Shown here: positions 31,889 through 48,773 of the stretch, in pieces
Layout: each line of letters begins with the position of its first letter
Position numbering within the stretch: position 1 is the stretch's first letter
NCBI GenBank assembly: GCA_965223795.1
Contig: CBDCXL010000001.1
Location: 1 to 64,000 of the forward strand
Direction of reading: 5' to 3'
DNA length: 64,000 bases
Source of the DNA: Nitrospinales bacterium
Lineage (GTDB): Bacteria > Nitrospinota > Nitrospinia > Nitrospinales > VA-1
The notes under the pieces: model-generated
Database searches by the model: none
What the model saw: only the letters and a program-made list of their open reading frames with translations
What the model was told of the DNA's origin: nothing
Translations under genes and position numbers: made by a program

Positions 31889-33444
31889 GGGCCGGGCACC
31901 TCGCCGCCGGACACCGGGCCGGACTTGGATTTGATCAGCAGCTTGTTGATCGCGTTGACGTAGGCGAAGGCGCTGGCCTCGATGGTGTTGACGCCGGCGC
32001 CCTTGCCCAGCACTTCGCGGCCCTCGTGGTCGACGCGCACGGTGACCTCGCCCTGGGCGTCCTTGCCGCGGGTCTTGGACATCACCTGGTAATCGAGCAG
32101 CTTGCAGGACAGTCCGGTGATCTTGTCGATGGCGTTGTAGATCGAGTCCACCGGCCCGTCGCCCTGGGCGGTGGCGGTGTGCGTCTTGCCGTCGCGGCTG
32201 ACCAGCACCACCGAGCCTTCCGGTACGGCGCCGGTCTCGAAACCGCTGGTGATCTTCTCCAGCCGGTAGGTGTTGAGCGATTCCTCGGTCCAGCGCTGCT
32301 TCTGGATCAGCGTCAGGATGTCGTCCTCAAAAATGTCCTTCTTCTCGTCGGCGAGGATCTTGAAATCCTTGAACACCGCGTCCAGCTCCTCCTGGGTCAG
32401 CTCATAGCCCAGTTCCCGGCAGGTGTGGTCCAGGGCGTTGCGGCCGCTGTGCTTGCCCATCACCAGCTCCGACTCCTCGACGCCGACGTCCTTGGGGTCC
32501 ATGATCTCGAAGGTGTCCTTCTTTTTCAAAAACCCGTGCTGATGGATGCCCGATTCGTGCGCGAAGGCGTTCTTGCCGACGATCGCCTTGTTGCGCTGCA
32601 CGAAAAAGCCGGTGAGGCTGCTCACCAGCTTGCTGCAGGCCTGGATGTGGCGGGTCTCGACGCGCGATTCGACGCCGAAGAAGTCCCTGCGCGTCTTGAG
32701 CGCCATCACGATCTCTTCCATCGCCGCATTGCCCGCGCGCTCGCCGATGCCGTTGATGGTGCACTCCACCTGCCGCGCGCCCGCCTGCACCGCCGCCAGC
32801 GAGTTGGCCACGGCGAGGCCGAGGTCGTTGTGGCAGTGCACGCTGATCACGGCGCGGTCGATGCCGCGCACGTTTTCCTTGATATGGCCGATCAGGCTGG
32901 AAAACTCGCCGGGCACGGTGTAGCCCACCGTGTCGGGGATGTTGACCGTCGTGGCGCCCGCGTCGATCACCGCTTCCAGCACCTGGGAGAGGAAATCCCG
33001 CTCGGTGCGCGAGGCGTCCATCGGCGAGAACTCGATGTCGCCGCAGAACTTTTTGCCGAACCGCACCGACTTGACCGCCATGTCGATGATCTCTTCCTTG
33101 GCCTTCTGCACCATGTGGACGCGGTGGGTCTTGGAGGTCGAGAGAAAAATATGGATGCGCGGCGCTTCCGCCTTTTCGAGGGCGCGCGCCGTGGCCTCGA
33201 TGTCTTTCTCCAGCGCCCGCGCCAGCCCCGCGACGCTGGAGCCCTTGATCTCCTCCGCGATCTGCCGGACCGATTCGAAATCCCCGGGAGATGCCGCCGG
33301 AAAGCCCGCTTCGATCACGTCCACCTTCAGCAGAGACAGTTGCCGGGCGATCTCAAGTTTTTCCTTGATGTTCAGACTCGCGCCGGGACACTGTTCTCCG
33401 TCTCGTAAGGTGGTGTCGAAGATGATGAGCTTTTCCGATGTCAT
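31885..33444 (-). CDS. leuA: 2-isopropylmalate synthase
   Basis: FDTTLRDGEQ, PDTVG, HCHNDLG, GIGERAGN, HESGIHQ, GDGPVD regulatory domain. Confidence 0.93.
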   Translation of the reverse strand: MTSEKLIIFDTTLRDGEQCPGASLNIKEKLEIARQLSLLKVDVIEAGFPAASPGDFESVRQIAEEIKGSSVAGLARALEKDIEATARALEKAEAPRIHIFLSTSKTHRVHMVQKAKEEIIDMAVKSVRFGKKFCGDIEFSPMDASRTERDFLSQVLEAVIDAGATTVNIPDTVGYTVPGEFSSLIGHIKENVRGIDRAVISVHCHNDLGLAVANSLAAVQAGARQVECTINGIGERAGNAAMEEIVMALKTRRDFFGVESRVETRHIQACSKLVSSLTGFFVQRNKAIVGKNAFAHESGIHQHGFLKKKDTFEIMDPKDVGVEESELVMGKHSGRNALDHTCRELGYELTQEELDAVFKDFKILADEKKDIFEDDILTLIQKQRWTEESLNTYRLEKITSGFETGAVPEGSVVLVSRDGKTHTATAQGDGPVDSIYNAIDKITGLSCKLLDYQVMSKTRGKDAQGEVTVRVDHEGREVLGKGAGVNTIEASAFAYVNAINKLLIKSKSGPVSGGEVPGP

Positions 33445-33613
33445 GATTTTGTTACTCCTCAGTTGAGTGTTGTCATTGGCACGCTCGCGTGCCTGGGGTC
33501 GATCGATCCAAACCAGTCATGGGATGGTGGCTCCTTTGATGAGTGACGTTCTTTCTCAATAATATGGAACGATTTATTATAAACCGAAAGGCCGGGGCTA
33601 AAACAGCGGGGAA

Positions 33614-34255
33614 TCAGTGGATCGCCGATTCCACCCGGTAGCCCGCCTTCTCGATGGCCGCGACCAGGGGGGCGGTGTCGCATAGGTCCAGGCGGAACAG
33701 GTACACCTGCCGGTCCTTCTTGGTGGGATGGGGAGACATGCCGACGCTGATGATGTTGACGTCGTGATTCTGGATGATCTCCGACACCGCGTCGAGGTTT
33801 TCCGGGTGTTTCTCCATTTCCACGTCGATTCTGGAACTGGAGTGGATGAGCCCCATCAAATCCACGAACAGGCCGAGGATGTCCATGATGGAAACGATGC
33901 CCACGACGCTGTCTCCGTGCACCACGGGAAGGGCGCCGATCTTGTTTTTGTAGATCAGGAGGGCCGCGTCTTCGATGTTGGTTTCGGGCGTCACGGTCAG
34001 CGGCGTCCGCGTCATGTAGGTTTGCACCATCATTTCGCGGGGGCGAAGCGGCGGCGTGACGCCGTTTTCGTCCGAACCGGGGTCGACGAACGCACCGCGG
34101 ATGTCGCTTTCGGTGATGATGCCGAGCAGGTTCCCGTCCTCCACCACGGGAAGATGGCGGATGCCGTGGTTCACCATCAACTGCTGGGCGCGCTGCAGCG
34201 ATTCGTCCTGCTGGATCGTGATGAGCTCTTTCACCATCACTTCTTCGACGATCAT
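33614..34255 (-). CDS. CBS-pair plus ACT-like protein (AcuB family)
   Basis: IRHLPVV and KIGALPVV CBS motifs, then a C-terminal ACT-like segment. Confidence 0.85.
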   Translation of the reverse strand: MIVEEVMVKELITIQQDESLQRAQQLMVNHGIRHLPVVEDGNLLGIITESDIRGAFVDPGSDENGVTPPLRPREMMVQTYMTRTPLTVTPETNIEDAALLIYKNKIGALPVVHGDSVVGIVSIMDILGLFVDLMGLIHSSSRIDVEMEKHPENLDAVSEIIQNHDVNIISVGMSPHPTKKDRQVYLFRLDLCDTAPLVAAIEKAGYRVESAIH

Positions 34256-34665
34256 TTCCCGTCTCCCAAGCCGGAAAAGGGCGGCGGACCCGGTTTTTTC
34301 ACCCCATGCCGCCGCATGAAAACCTGTTTCTAAGAAATCGACCGGATTTCCGCATGGTGGATTCCGGCACCCACCTTTTTACCAGATTTTCGCAAGAGAT
34401 GACAGAGCTTTGCGGGCCTGCCCGCGCAAAACCCCTGCCAGAGCGGATTTGCCCGAGAGGGCCGAAAATCTCCCGGCCCTGGACAGCCGCGGACAGGGCT
34501 TAAAAACCATTGCATTTTGGGGTGGGGATGGGCTAGAGTGGTTGCCACCGGAGCCAGAAATCATAAATTATGTATTATTTGTTGTGTAGATAAAGTACTC
34601 TGTTTTGGGGGTTCCACATCTTCCACTGAAATGAATTTGCAATTATTTCGAGGGTTTACCATCTA

Positions 34666-34681
34666 AGGCATATTAATTGCT
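34666..34681 (+). promoter_or_regulatory. Putative sigma-54 (-24/-12) promoter of gltBD
   Basis: AGGCATATTAATTGCT: GG-N10-GC with TTGCT, about 110 bp upstream of gltB. Confidence 0.55.
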
Positions 34682-34789
34682 TTTCCCTTGTCTCTAATGA
34701 GCGTTCATTCGCAGCATTCTTCCCAGGGTGCCTGCCAGGCATCCCTTCCGATTCGGGAGCCCGACACGAACACAACCAGTTGATTCCAT

Positions 34790-39328
<4,539 letters not shown>

Positions 39329-39377
39329 AGCGATTCGGCCGAGTTTTAAAGAACAACAAGCAAAGGGTTTTGGATAG

Positions 39378-40844
<1,467 letters not shown>

Positions 40845-40907
40845 TCTCCACCCGTTCCTTCTTTAGAATCCGTATCTGGACACGGATGATCCGAAACGAT
40901 TCCCGAT

Positions 40908-41600
40908 TTACTTTAATGGATTGGCCGCTCCGAACAGGTGCATGCCGATGAGGCGCGCGACCAGGATGGCGAGGTAGAACTGTCCGGCGATCGCTTCCAG
41001 GGAAGAGATCAGCTGCGCGGGCGGCGTCGCCGGGGCGATGTCTCCGTAGCCCAGGGTCGTCAGCGTGGTGTAGCTGTAATAGATGAAAGGCAGGATCATC
41101 CCGTCCCCCTGCGGTCCTGCTTGCGTCAGCCCTGCTGTGATTCCGGCGAACGAGCCGGGCTGTGTGCTTTCCAGCAGCGAATAGATGAACGCCCATTCCA
41201 GCCCGATCAGCATGTAGATGCAGATGGAGCCGAAGATCAGGTTGGCGTTGACCTTGCGGGCGCGCAGGATGCCGAAGAACAGCACGACGAGGATGTAGCC
41301 GAAAAACAGGATGGAGAAGATGTTCTCGATGCCCGGCAGAAATTCCCACAGCTCCGGCGAGAAGGTTTTGCCCCAGTTGACCAGAAACGTGGGCACCGCG
41401 AGGATGATGGCGATGTTCAGCGATTTGCGGGTTTTCTTGAGGAAGGGGACGATGGAAAACAGCAGCACCGCGGTCAGGAACAGGTTGAGGATGATGCGGG
41501 CGTACGGCATGTCGTGAAAAAACGGCACGATGACCAGAAGGGAGACCATGCACAACAGGAGTCCCAGAAATCCGTGTTTGGGCCATTCGAAATGCGCCAT
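40908..41600 (-). CDS. Potassium channel family protein
   Basis: YYSYTTLTTLGYGD selectivity filter and GQFYLAILVARL. Confidence 0.88.
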   Translation of the reverse strand: MAHFEWPKHGFLGLLLCMVSLLVIVPFFHDMPYARIILNLFLTAVLLFSIVPFLKKTRKSLNIAIILAVPTFLVNWGKTFSPELWEFLPGIENIFSILFFGYILVVLFFGILRARKVNANLIFGSICIYMLIGLEWAFIYSLLESTQPGSFAGITAGLTQAGPQGDGMILPFIYYSYTTLTTLGYGDIAPATPPAQLISSLEAIAGQFYLAILVARLIGMHLFGAANPLK

Positions 41601-41730
41601 GTTTCTATGCCTTGACGGAGTGCGGACTTAACGGCGGTTTGCGGTTTGAAGCCGATGATAGCAGATGCTCCCTGGCCTTGCACCCGAATACTGTATGGTA
41701 TAGTGCACTCAACCGTAAAGCCGACCGTGC

Positions 41731-42189
41731 GTGTGCCCGGATTCTTTTTCCCGGAGAAATGAGAGTTTGAAAGCGCGAGCTGAAACCGAAAGTGCCGTCC
41801 TGTCGACGATGGATCGGGTGTGGAAATGCTGGTCGGACGGCAAATGGGATGACCTGATTGCCTTCTTTGTGCCCGACCCGGACCTCCGGGTGATCGGATC
41901 TGGAGCCGGGGAGATGTTTCTCGGGCCGGAGAACCTCAAGGCCCACTGGAAGGACACGCAGGAGCGAAATCAGGAAATCGTCTCCCTGCAGTATGAGAAT
42001 CCCATCGTTTCCGAGTCGGGAAACGTCGCGTGGTTTTCGGCGGGTCTTAAAATTGAATTTCCCGCTGAGGAAGGCACGCTCAACATCTATATCCGCTGCT
42101 CCACGGTGTTCGAATGCCGGGACGATCGATGGCTGATCGCTCAGATGCATCTGTCCGCGCCCCTTGATATCCGTTTGCCTTCCAAATGA
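41731..42189 (+). CDS. SnoaL/NTF2-like protein
   Basis: VIGSGAGE, GNVAWF, R.STVF...W.I.Q.H.S; the start is uncertain. Confidence 0.75.
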   Translation: MCPDSFSRRNESLKARAETESAVLSTMDRVWKCWSDGKWDDLIAFFVPDPDLRVIGSGAGEMFLGPENLKAHWKDTQERNQEIVSLQYENPIVSESGNVAWFSAGLKIEFPAEEGTLNIYIRCSTVFECRDDRWLIAQMHLSAPLDIRLPSK

Positions 42190-42243
42190 CGGGATGGGAG
42201 CAGGGATGTTGTTCTTTGTTATTGAAGCCGGCCTGAAATTGAC

Positions 42244-43656
42244 ATGCTGAACCACGAACAGATTTCGAGCGGGCACAAGTCCGGACTGTTTTCTCTGGAT
42301 CAGGCGTCGCAGTTCTTGAAAAGCCTGTCGGGTCATCTGGACACGCTTGTCCGCAACCGCTTGTGGCTGCAGGTCATCATCGGGCTTGTCGCCGGGATTG
42401 CCGTCGGCGGTGTGCTGGGCCCCGATCTGGGTATGGTTTCTCCGCAAACCGCCAGCCTCATCAGCGACTGGCTGGCCCTGCCCGGAAAGCTGTTTCTGGG
42501 CCTGATCGGCATGGTGGTCAGTCTGCTGGTGCTCGCCTCCATCGTGACCGGCCTCAGCAAATCGACCGGGGGTGAGCAGCTGAAAACCATCGGCGTCAAA
42601 CTCACCGTGTTCGTGGTTGTCACCACGGCTCTGGCGGCGGGAGTGGGGATCTTTCTGGGGCTTTTGATCGATCCCGGCTCTTACATCGATCTTTCCGCCA
42701 ATGCAAACACCTTTGGGGGCCCGGCGGATGCGGGCGCAAAAAAACAGCCCGTCAACTACAACGTGCCCGAACTGATCGCCGGTCTCATTCCACAGCATCC
42801 CCTGGCCTCGCTCGCTCAAGGTGAAATGCTCGGCATTGTGGTGTTCGCCATTCTCATCGGCATCGCGTGCACCACGGCTCAAAAGGAACGCGTGGCGCCT
42901 TTTTTGAATCTTATGGAATCGCTGCTCGAAGTCTGCATGAAGGTGGTGCAATGGGCCATGTTCCTGGCACCCTGGGCGGTTTTCGGGCTGATGGCGCAAC
43001 TGGTCTCGAAAGTGGGGTTCGACACCATCCTGGGAATGGGGGCCTACGTGCTCACGGTTCTGGCTGGACTGCTGTTGTTGTTGATCGCCTATTTGGTTCT
43101 GGTGGCTGTGCTCGGCGGGATGCGTCCGTGGGAGTTTGCCTCCAAGATCGGCGGGGCGCAGCTGCTGGCTTTTTCCACGTCCAGTTCGGCGGCGGTGATG
43201 CCGTTGACCATAAAAACCGCTGTGGAGAAGCTGAAGGTGCCGGAGCACATCGCCAGTCTGGTGGTTCCTCTGGGGGCCACCGTCAACATGGCGGGAACCG
43301 CGCTCTATCAGGCGGTGGCCATCATCTTTCTGGCCCAGATGTCCGGAGTGGAGTTTTCGGTCGGAGAACTCTCTCTGATCGTCGTCACCCTGGTGGCCTC
43401 GTCGATCGGATCTCCGGGCACACCGGGAGTGGGGCTGGTCATTCTGGGGAATATCGCCGGCGATTTCGGCGTTCCCACGGCCGGGCTGGTCCTCATACTG
43501 GGGGTGGACCGCATCCTCGATATGAGCCGCACCACCGTCAATCTTACGGGGGATCTTGCGGCCTGCGTCATCCTCGGGGCCAAATCTCCGATCGAAGAGA
43601 GGCTGACACCTCTTGAAATCGAGAATACCGAGGTCAAAAACATTCCCGCTTTGTGA
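42244..43656 (+). CDS. Dicarboxylate/amino acid:cation symporter (GltP family)
   Basis: AFSTSSSAA, PLGATVNMAGT, GVDRILDMSRTTVN. Confidence 0.93.
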   Translation: MLNHEQISSGHKSGLFSLDQASQFLKSLSGHLDTLVRNRLWLQVIIGLVAGIAVGGVLGPDLGMVSPQTASLISDWLALPGKLFLGLIGMVVSLLVLASIVTGLSKSTGGEQLKTIGVKLTVFVVVTTALAAGVGIFLGLLIDPGSYIDLSANANTFGGPADAGAKKQPVNYNVPELIAGLIPQHPLASLAQGEMLGIVVFAILIGIACTTAQKERVAPFLNLMESLLEVCMKVVQWAMFLAPWAVFGLMAQLVSKVGFDTILGMGAYVLTVLAGLLLLLIAYLVLVAVLGGMRPWEFASKIGGAQLLAFSTSSSAAVMPLTIKTAVEKLKVPEHIASLVVPLGATVNMAGTALYQAVAIIFLAQMSGVEFSVGELSLIVVTLVASSIGSPGTPGVGLVILGNIAGDFGVPTAGLVLILGVDRILDMSRTTVNLTGDLAACVILGAKSPIEERLTPLEIENTEVKNIPAL

Positions 43657-43722
43657 AAAATCGATTTCCTCAATATTTCAAAAAACAGTTTTTTGTCATT
43701 TTAAAATTCTTTAAACCTGCTG

Positions 43723-43749
43723 GGCGTCTCTTGGGGCGCCGTCTTTTTT
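43723..43749 (+). terminator. Possible intrinsic terminator
   Basis: ggcgtctc-tt-ggggcgcc hairpin followed by gtctttttt. Confidence 0.4.
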
Positions 43750-44052
43750 ACGGCTTCAGATGCCAATTCTCCCTGTTTTCCGGCATTTCCCCCTATTTTT
43801 CTGAGATTTTTGGCTGCAGCTTGGCTACAATTTCAGCGGATCCATTGGCTGGCAGGAGAATGTATAGATGGAAGCTATCCGGTTATCTCCCTTTCAGGGG
43901 AAGGGTGGGAAGAGGAAGTTTATAAAGTATTAAAAATAAAAGCAGGAATGCAACGAAACGAAATCCGTTTTCAGTCCGGCTTTAGGAATCCGCTTCCGGG
44001 AGAAGGTTGCGGATGATAGTCTCCACTGCTTTTTTGCTGGATTGTTATTTTT

Positions 44053-47000
44053 TTGAGTTGCTCCAGATCGAGGAATGATCACTTGACCTACCGGTCCACA
44101 GAAGATCGTGATCAGGTTCGGCAAATTGTATTGAATGCCAGTGAGCCCATTGCGCCGTTTTGGCCCATGCGGACCATGGTCGCGCAGAACCCCATTCATG
44201 GGTTGGAATATCTGACGTTCGATCAGGCTGTTCGAAAAGGCAAGGATTTGCTTGGTGGAAATGGATACCTCGCAAATGAAAAGTATCGTGAATTTTTCCG
44301 GAACGGCCGTATTGCCAGGGAAAGTTTCGAGCGCGCTTTTGCCAGGATCGGGCCCTGCCCGGATGGGCAAGCTGCTGTTGAATCTGGAATCCGAAAGATT
44401 GCCCCTCAGGATGTATGGCAGTTGCACATGCTGTTTGGCTTTGAGGCATTGCCACTATCGCTGTTGGAATGGGAGTTGAACGGGGGTGGAGCTTTAAAAC
44501 GGTTCCGGCAGGATCTTTCCGGGGAATCGCAAAAAATAATTATTGAACGAACCCTCAAAGAAAATGATCCGCGTCTGGAGAATCCGCAAGAAGTTTATCT
44601 GACGAATTTATGGGAGAGTGTGTTGGCCACATTGAAGCTGTCTGGCAGTCATGCTTCATCTCACGTGCCTGAATATACGCATTTGCAAACGCCTGAACAC
44701 ATTTCCCTGCCGCCGCATCGGACCCTCAGCGACTGGGTTGATGGTTTGACGGACGGTAACGTGGTCGAGCAGATCAATGATCAACTCATCAAATGGGTGA
44801 CGGCGTTCCTGGATGAAGGTTTGGCTGGCTGGGAGATGCCTGGCCGAAAAGAAGGTTTCTACCAGGCATGGCGAAACCTGGCGCAGAAGGATTTTTCGGG
44901 GAAATTTATCGGGATTGCGGATTTCGCGCAAAAGGTTCAGGGCCTTCCTGCAGCTCCCGAGGACGCGATCCGTGCCAGCTTGCAGAAACTCGAAATTCCC
45001 CAGGCACAATGGAAAGATTATCTCTCAAGGCAGCTATCATCCTTGCCAGGCTGGACGCGATACATACGGTGGCTTGGGGAACACCCGACCTACCATGCGC
45101 AACACAAACATCCCGTTGATACCACCCAGTATCTGGCTGTGCGTTTATTCTATGAAGTGGAGTTGACCCGCATTGAGTGCCAAAAAGAATGGGGAATTGA
45201 TGGGACGGTTTCTGCCCTGACTGCATACTGGAATGATCGGCCCGAAGAATACCACCAGCAAACCGGGCATGAAGGGCAATCCGGAGATCCAGCCAGGCAG
45301 ATGATATGTCGGCATGCCTGGCGGTTATTTCATTTGGCGCAGTTTCTTGAGTTGTCCCCAAAAGAGGTTCGCGATCTTTCGCTTGCGGATGCCCGGATGC
45401 TGCTGCAATGGCTGGATCAATTTCCCTCTGATCAGCATGGGCGGATATGGATCGAGGCGTACGAGGATTCCTTTCGAGACAAAATGCTGAGAAATATTTC
45501 AGCCCATTATGGAACGCTGCCGGAATTGGAAACTCGGCCCCATGCACAACTGGTCTTCTGTATCGACGTGCGTTCGGAATCCTTTCGCCGCCATGTTGAA
45601 GCCCAGGATTCCTATGAGACGTTTGGGTTTGCGGGTTTTTTTGGCATTCCAATCAGTCATCAGGCTTTTGATTGCGATCAGCGTACCTTTTTGTGTCCGG
45701 TGTTGTTGACTCCCGACCATGCGGTTACGGAAACACCCCGGCCTGGAGAGAGGGTGGCGCTGGATAAATATTCTTCCGGCACTCGCTGGTCCCAATTGGG
45801 TCGCCATCTTTTTCACGATATGAAGCATCATCCCATTGGGTCGATGATGGTGATCGATGTCCTGGGATTCTTTTTCAGTCTGGGACTGGTGGGCAAGACC
45901 CTGTTTCAAAAATTATTTCGTGCAATGACCTCTACTGTACAGGGTTGGCTGACGCACAGGGTTCCAACCCAGGTCTCCATTGCCGCGCCTTCTGATCCAA
46001 AAAATCCCAAATTCGGGGAAGTGAATGCAGAGGGGGTTCCTGACGGACTTTCCCACGGATTTTCTCTTTCGGAACGGGCGGCATTTATCGAAAATGGTTT
46101 GAGGGCTATGGGTCTCACCAAAAATTTTGCGCGTCTGGTGTGCCTCTGTGGTCATGGCAGTGAGACGGACAACAATCCCTATTATGGCGCGTTGGATTGC
46201 GGAGCTTGCGGGGGAAAACCGGGCGATGCCAATGCGCGGGTGTTTGCCGCTATGGCGAATGAACCGGAAGTCCGCCGCCTTCTCAAGGAAAATGGGTTGC
46301 CGATTCCCGATGACACCTGGTTTCTTCCGGGGAAACACAACACGACGACGGATCGGGTCGAGTTTTACGATCTGGAGGTGATGCCGGATTCGCACAAAGA
46401 TGATTTGCAGGCGTTGAACAGGGATCTCGAAAAAGCAGGTGCGGAGCAGGCGCTTGAGCGATGCCAGCGTATTCCCAGTGCTCCGGCTCAAATATCTCCA
46501 GAGCGGGCTTTTGCTCATGTCGACGGGCGCAGTTGCGATTGGGCGAACACCCGACCGGAATGGGGGCTGGCGGGAAATGGAGCGTTTATCATTGGAAGAC
46601 GCAAACTGACCAGGGGATTGGATTTAGGCGGCCGGGCTTTTTTGCATTCTTATGATCCTGTTGCGGATCTTCAGGGCGCCATCCTTGAAAAAATCATGAC
46701 CGCACCCTTGATTGTCGGCGAGTGGATAAGCACTGGATATTATTTTTCCGCAGTGGATCCGTGGGCGTATGGAAGCGGGAGCAAGGTGCTGCACAATGTT
46801 GTCGGGGGTGTTGGGATGATGCTGGGAAGCCAGAGTGATTTGCAGATGGGATTCCCCTTGCAGACCGTCAATAACGGGGACGCTCACTATCATGAACCGA
46901 TGCGGCTGTTGGCTGTGATCGAGCAGACGCCGAGCACGATTTCATCTGTCATAGAAAAGCACTCGATCCTTCAACAGTTGTTTCACAATCAATGGCTCAA

Positions 47001-47082
47001 TCTCATTGCCCTGGATCCCCACAGGGCTGAGTTTCATCGGTACAATCCGAATGCGACGTGGGAAAAGGTTGAAGTTTTATAA
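44053..47082 (+). CDS. dabA: DUF2309/UPF0753 protein, inorganic carbon transporter DabA-like (beta-CA-like)
   Basis: IAPFWP...VAQNP, LPGW, FCIDVRSE, GFAGFFG, GHGS...NNPY..ALDCGACGG, RPEWGLA, FLHSYD, GSGSK..HNV, HEPMRL. Confidence 0.92.
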   Translation: MSCSRSRNDHLTYRSTEDRDQVRQIVLNASEPIAPFWPMRTMVAQNPIHGLEYLTFDQAVRKGKDLLGGNGYLANEKYREFFRNGRIARESFERAFARIGPCPDGQAAVESGIRKIAPQDVWQLHMLFGFEALPLSLLEWELNGGGALKRFRQDLSGESQKIIIERTLKENDPRLENPQEVYLTNLWESVLATLKLSGSHASSHVPEYTHLQTPEHISLPPHRTLSDWVDGLTDGNVVEQINDQLIKWVTAFLDEGLAGWEMPGRKEGFYQAWRNLAQKDFSGKFIGIADFAQKVQGLPAAPEDAIRASLQKLEIPQAQWKDYLSRQLSSLPGWTRYIRWLGEHPTYHAQHKHPVDTTQYLAVRLFYEVELTRIECQKEWGIDGTVSALTAYWNDRPEEYHQQTGHEGQSGDPARQMICRHAWRLFHLAQFLELSPKEVRDLSLADARMLLQWLDQFPSDQHGRIWIEAYEDSFRDKMLRNISAHYGTLPELETRPHAQLVFCIDVRSESFRRHVEAQDSYETFGFAGFFGIPISHQAFDCDQRTFLCPVLLTPDHAVTETPRPGERVALDKYSSGTRWSQLGRHLFHDMKHHPIGSMMVIDVLGFFFSLGLVGKTLFQKLFRAMTSTVQGWLTHRVPTQVSIAAPSDPKNPKFGEVNAEGVPDGLSHGFSLSERAAFIENGLRAMGLTKNFARLVCLCGHGSETDNNPYYGALDCGACGGKPGDANARVFAAMANEPEVRRLLKENGLPIPDDTWFLPGKHNTTTDRVEFYDLEVMPDSHKDDLQALNRDLEKAGAEQALERCQRIPSAPAQISPERAFAHVDGRSCDWANTRPEWGLAGNGAFIIGRRKLTRGLDLGGRAFLHSYDPVADLQGAILEKIMTAPLIVGEWISTGYYFSAVDPWAYGSGSKVLHNVVGGVGMMLGSQSDLQMGFPLQTVNNGDAHYHEPMRLLAVIEQTPSTISSVIEKHSILQQLFHNQWLNLIALDPHRAEFHRYNPNATWEKVEVL

Positions 47083-47178
47083 AAATTCGAGTGTTTCATT
47101 CTTGCTCTCAGGCTGGTTTTTTAGCGCAATGATTGAAGATGCTGAAACCGCAAAGTTGAATTCGTATTTGATGATTTT

Positions 47179-47685
47179 ATGACGATCCGATCTAGACCCA
47201 TTTCACCGGCATTCCTGTTTTTAAAAGCCATGGCTTTGTTTTTGTTTTGGGTCCTGCTTTCTGCCAGCTTTGATTGGATTCACCTTGTATTGGGGTTTGT
47301 TGTCTCTTTGGCTGTGGCCTGGATCAACTCCGGTCATTCCTATTTTGTTCCGAGATTTCGTTTGTGGCTGAGAATCCTTCTTTATCTTCCATGGCTATTT
47401 TTTAAAATCGTTCAAAGCAGCCTTCATTTATCCAAGCTTATTTTGCATCCTGCGCTTCCCATTTCCCCTCAGTTGATTTCCGTGGAAACAAAACTGCGTC
47501 ATCACGGAGCCGTTGTTCTTCTCGGGAATTCCATTACCTTGACCCCCGGAACGATCACCGCAGAGGTTGACCGAAATAAGCTCATTGTTCATGCGATAGA
47601 TACATTTTCAAGCGAAGATCTTGCAAGCAGGGAGATGGAAATGAAAATTGCCGATATATTCAAGGATGAAGATCCGGATTTATGA
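47179..47685 (+). CDS. Mrp/Mnh subunit E
   Basis: NSITLTPGT motif, L.VHA. Confidence 0.9.
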   Translation: MTIRSRPISPAFLFLKAMALFLFWVLLSASFDWIHLVLGFVVSLAVAWINSGHSYFVPRFRLWLRILLYLPWLFFKIVQSSLHLSKLILHPALPISPQLISVETKLRHHGAVVLLGNSITLTPGTITAEVDRNKLIVHAIDTFSSEDLASREMEMKIADIFKDEDPDL

Positions 47686-47948
47686 AAACTTTTCTTCTTT
47701 TTGTTCTGGTTTTGCTGGCTCTTCTCATTGGTGCGTATCTGTACCGTGTTCTGCGGGGTCCCACAATTTTTGATCGTGTGTTGGGGCTCAATGGAATTTC
47801 CACAAAAGCAATCATTATGCTCATTGTCATCGGACTCTATTTTGAACGCGTCGATATGTTCATAGATATCTCGACGGGATATGCCCTGCTCAATTCAGTC
47901 GGAGCGCTTGCCGTGGCCAAATATTTAGAGCAAAAGGGGCTTCATTAG
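47682..47948 (+). CDS. Mrp/Mnh subunit F
   Basis: R.LRGPT.FDR, three TM segments. Confidence 0.88.
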   Translation: MKTFLLFVLVLLALLIGAYLYRVLRGPTIFDRVLGLNGISTKAIIMLIVIGLYFERVDMFIDISTGYALLNSVGALAVAKYLEQKGLH

Positions 47949-47949
47949 C

Positions 47950-48249
47950 ATGGACATACTTTCAATTGGTTTTATAGCGGCGGGGTTATTTTTTCTGATC
48001 GTTGCTGCGATTGGCGTGGTTCGATTGCCCGATGTGTTCAGCCGTTCTCATGCCGTATCCCTGACCGACTCTCTGGGGACCTTTTTGATGCTGGTGGGAA
48101 TCGCCTTGCACGAGGGATTGGATAAAAACACGATGAAAATTCTGGCGGTGCTGGCCTTGCTGTATATTCTGAATCCGGTCATTTCGCATGCCGCACTGCG
48201 TGCGGCTATCCGGTCCGGGTTGAAACCCTGGAAAAAGGAAACCTCATGA
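47950..48249 (+). CDS. Mrp/Mnh subunit G
   Basis: G.VRLPDVFSRSHA and NPVISHA. Confidence 0.9.
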   Translation: MDILSIGFIAAGLFFLIVAAIGVVRLPDVFSRSHAVSLTDSLGTFLMLVGIALHEGLDKNTMKILAVLALLYILNPVISHAALRAAIRSGLKPWKKETS

Positions 48250-48773
48250 TCTTCCCCTATGAAATTCCCTTGCTCCTGCTTCTGCTTGTTACTGCGGCCG
48301 GCGCACTCCTGGTCAAGGATCTGATGAGCGCCGTTTTACTCCTGGGCACTTATAGTTTTTTCCTGGCGCTGGTATGGGCGGGGCTCGGAGCCGTGGATGT
48401 CGCCTTCGTGGAAGCCGTCGTGGGAGCAGGGTTAGCTACGGTTCTGTTCCTGTTAACACTATTCGGGACCGCTCCAAAAGACACGCGTCTTCGCCGCCCT
48501 CCACCTTCTGTGGCCATGTTGATTGTTTTTCCTCTTTTGGGACTTCTTTTGCTCTATGCCGCGAACGATCTTCCCGGCTTTGGAGACCCGAATTCTCCAG
48601 CGAGTGTTCATATTTCGCCGGCCTATCTCGAGCAGAGCTATCAGGATACCCACACACCGAATGTTGTGACATCTGTGCTGATGGACTATCGATCGCTTGA
48701 TACGATGATCGAAACGGTGGTCATTTTTGCGTCCGGTATTGCGTGCGCCTTATTACTCAGGAAGCATGGATAA
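48246..48773 (+). CDS. DUF4040 / MrpA C-terminal-like subunit
   Basis: A.DVAFVEA.VGAG and PNVVTSVLMDYRSLDTMIE. Confidence 0.85.
   Translation: MIFPYEIPLLLLLLVTAAGALLVKDLMSAVLLLGTYSFFLALVWAGLGAVDVAFVEAVVGAGLATVLFLLTLFGTAPKDTRLRRPPPSVAMLIVFPLLGLLLLYAANDLPGFGDPNSPASVHISPAYLEQSYQDTHTPNVVTSVLMDYRSLDTMIETVVIFASGIACALLLRKHG

Noticed and set aside
33474..33545. leuA leader: short uORF (MTGLDRSTPGTRACQ) with hairpin ggcacg-ctcg-cgtgcc as a possible attenuator
   Set aside because: No run of Leu codons and no U-tract after the hairpin, so an attenuator is unsupported.
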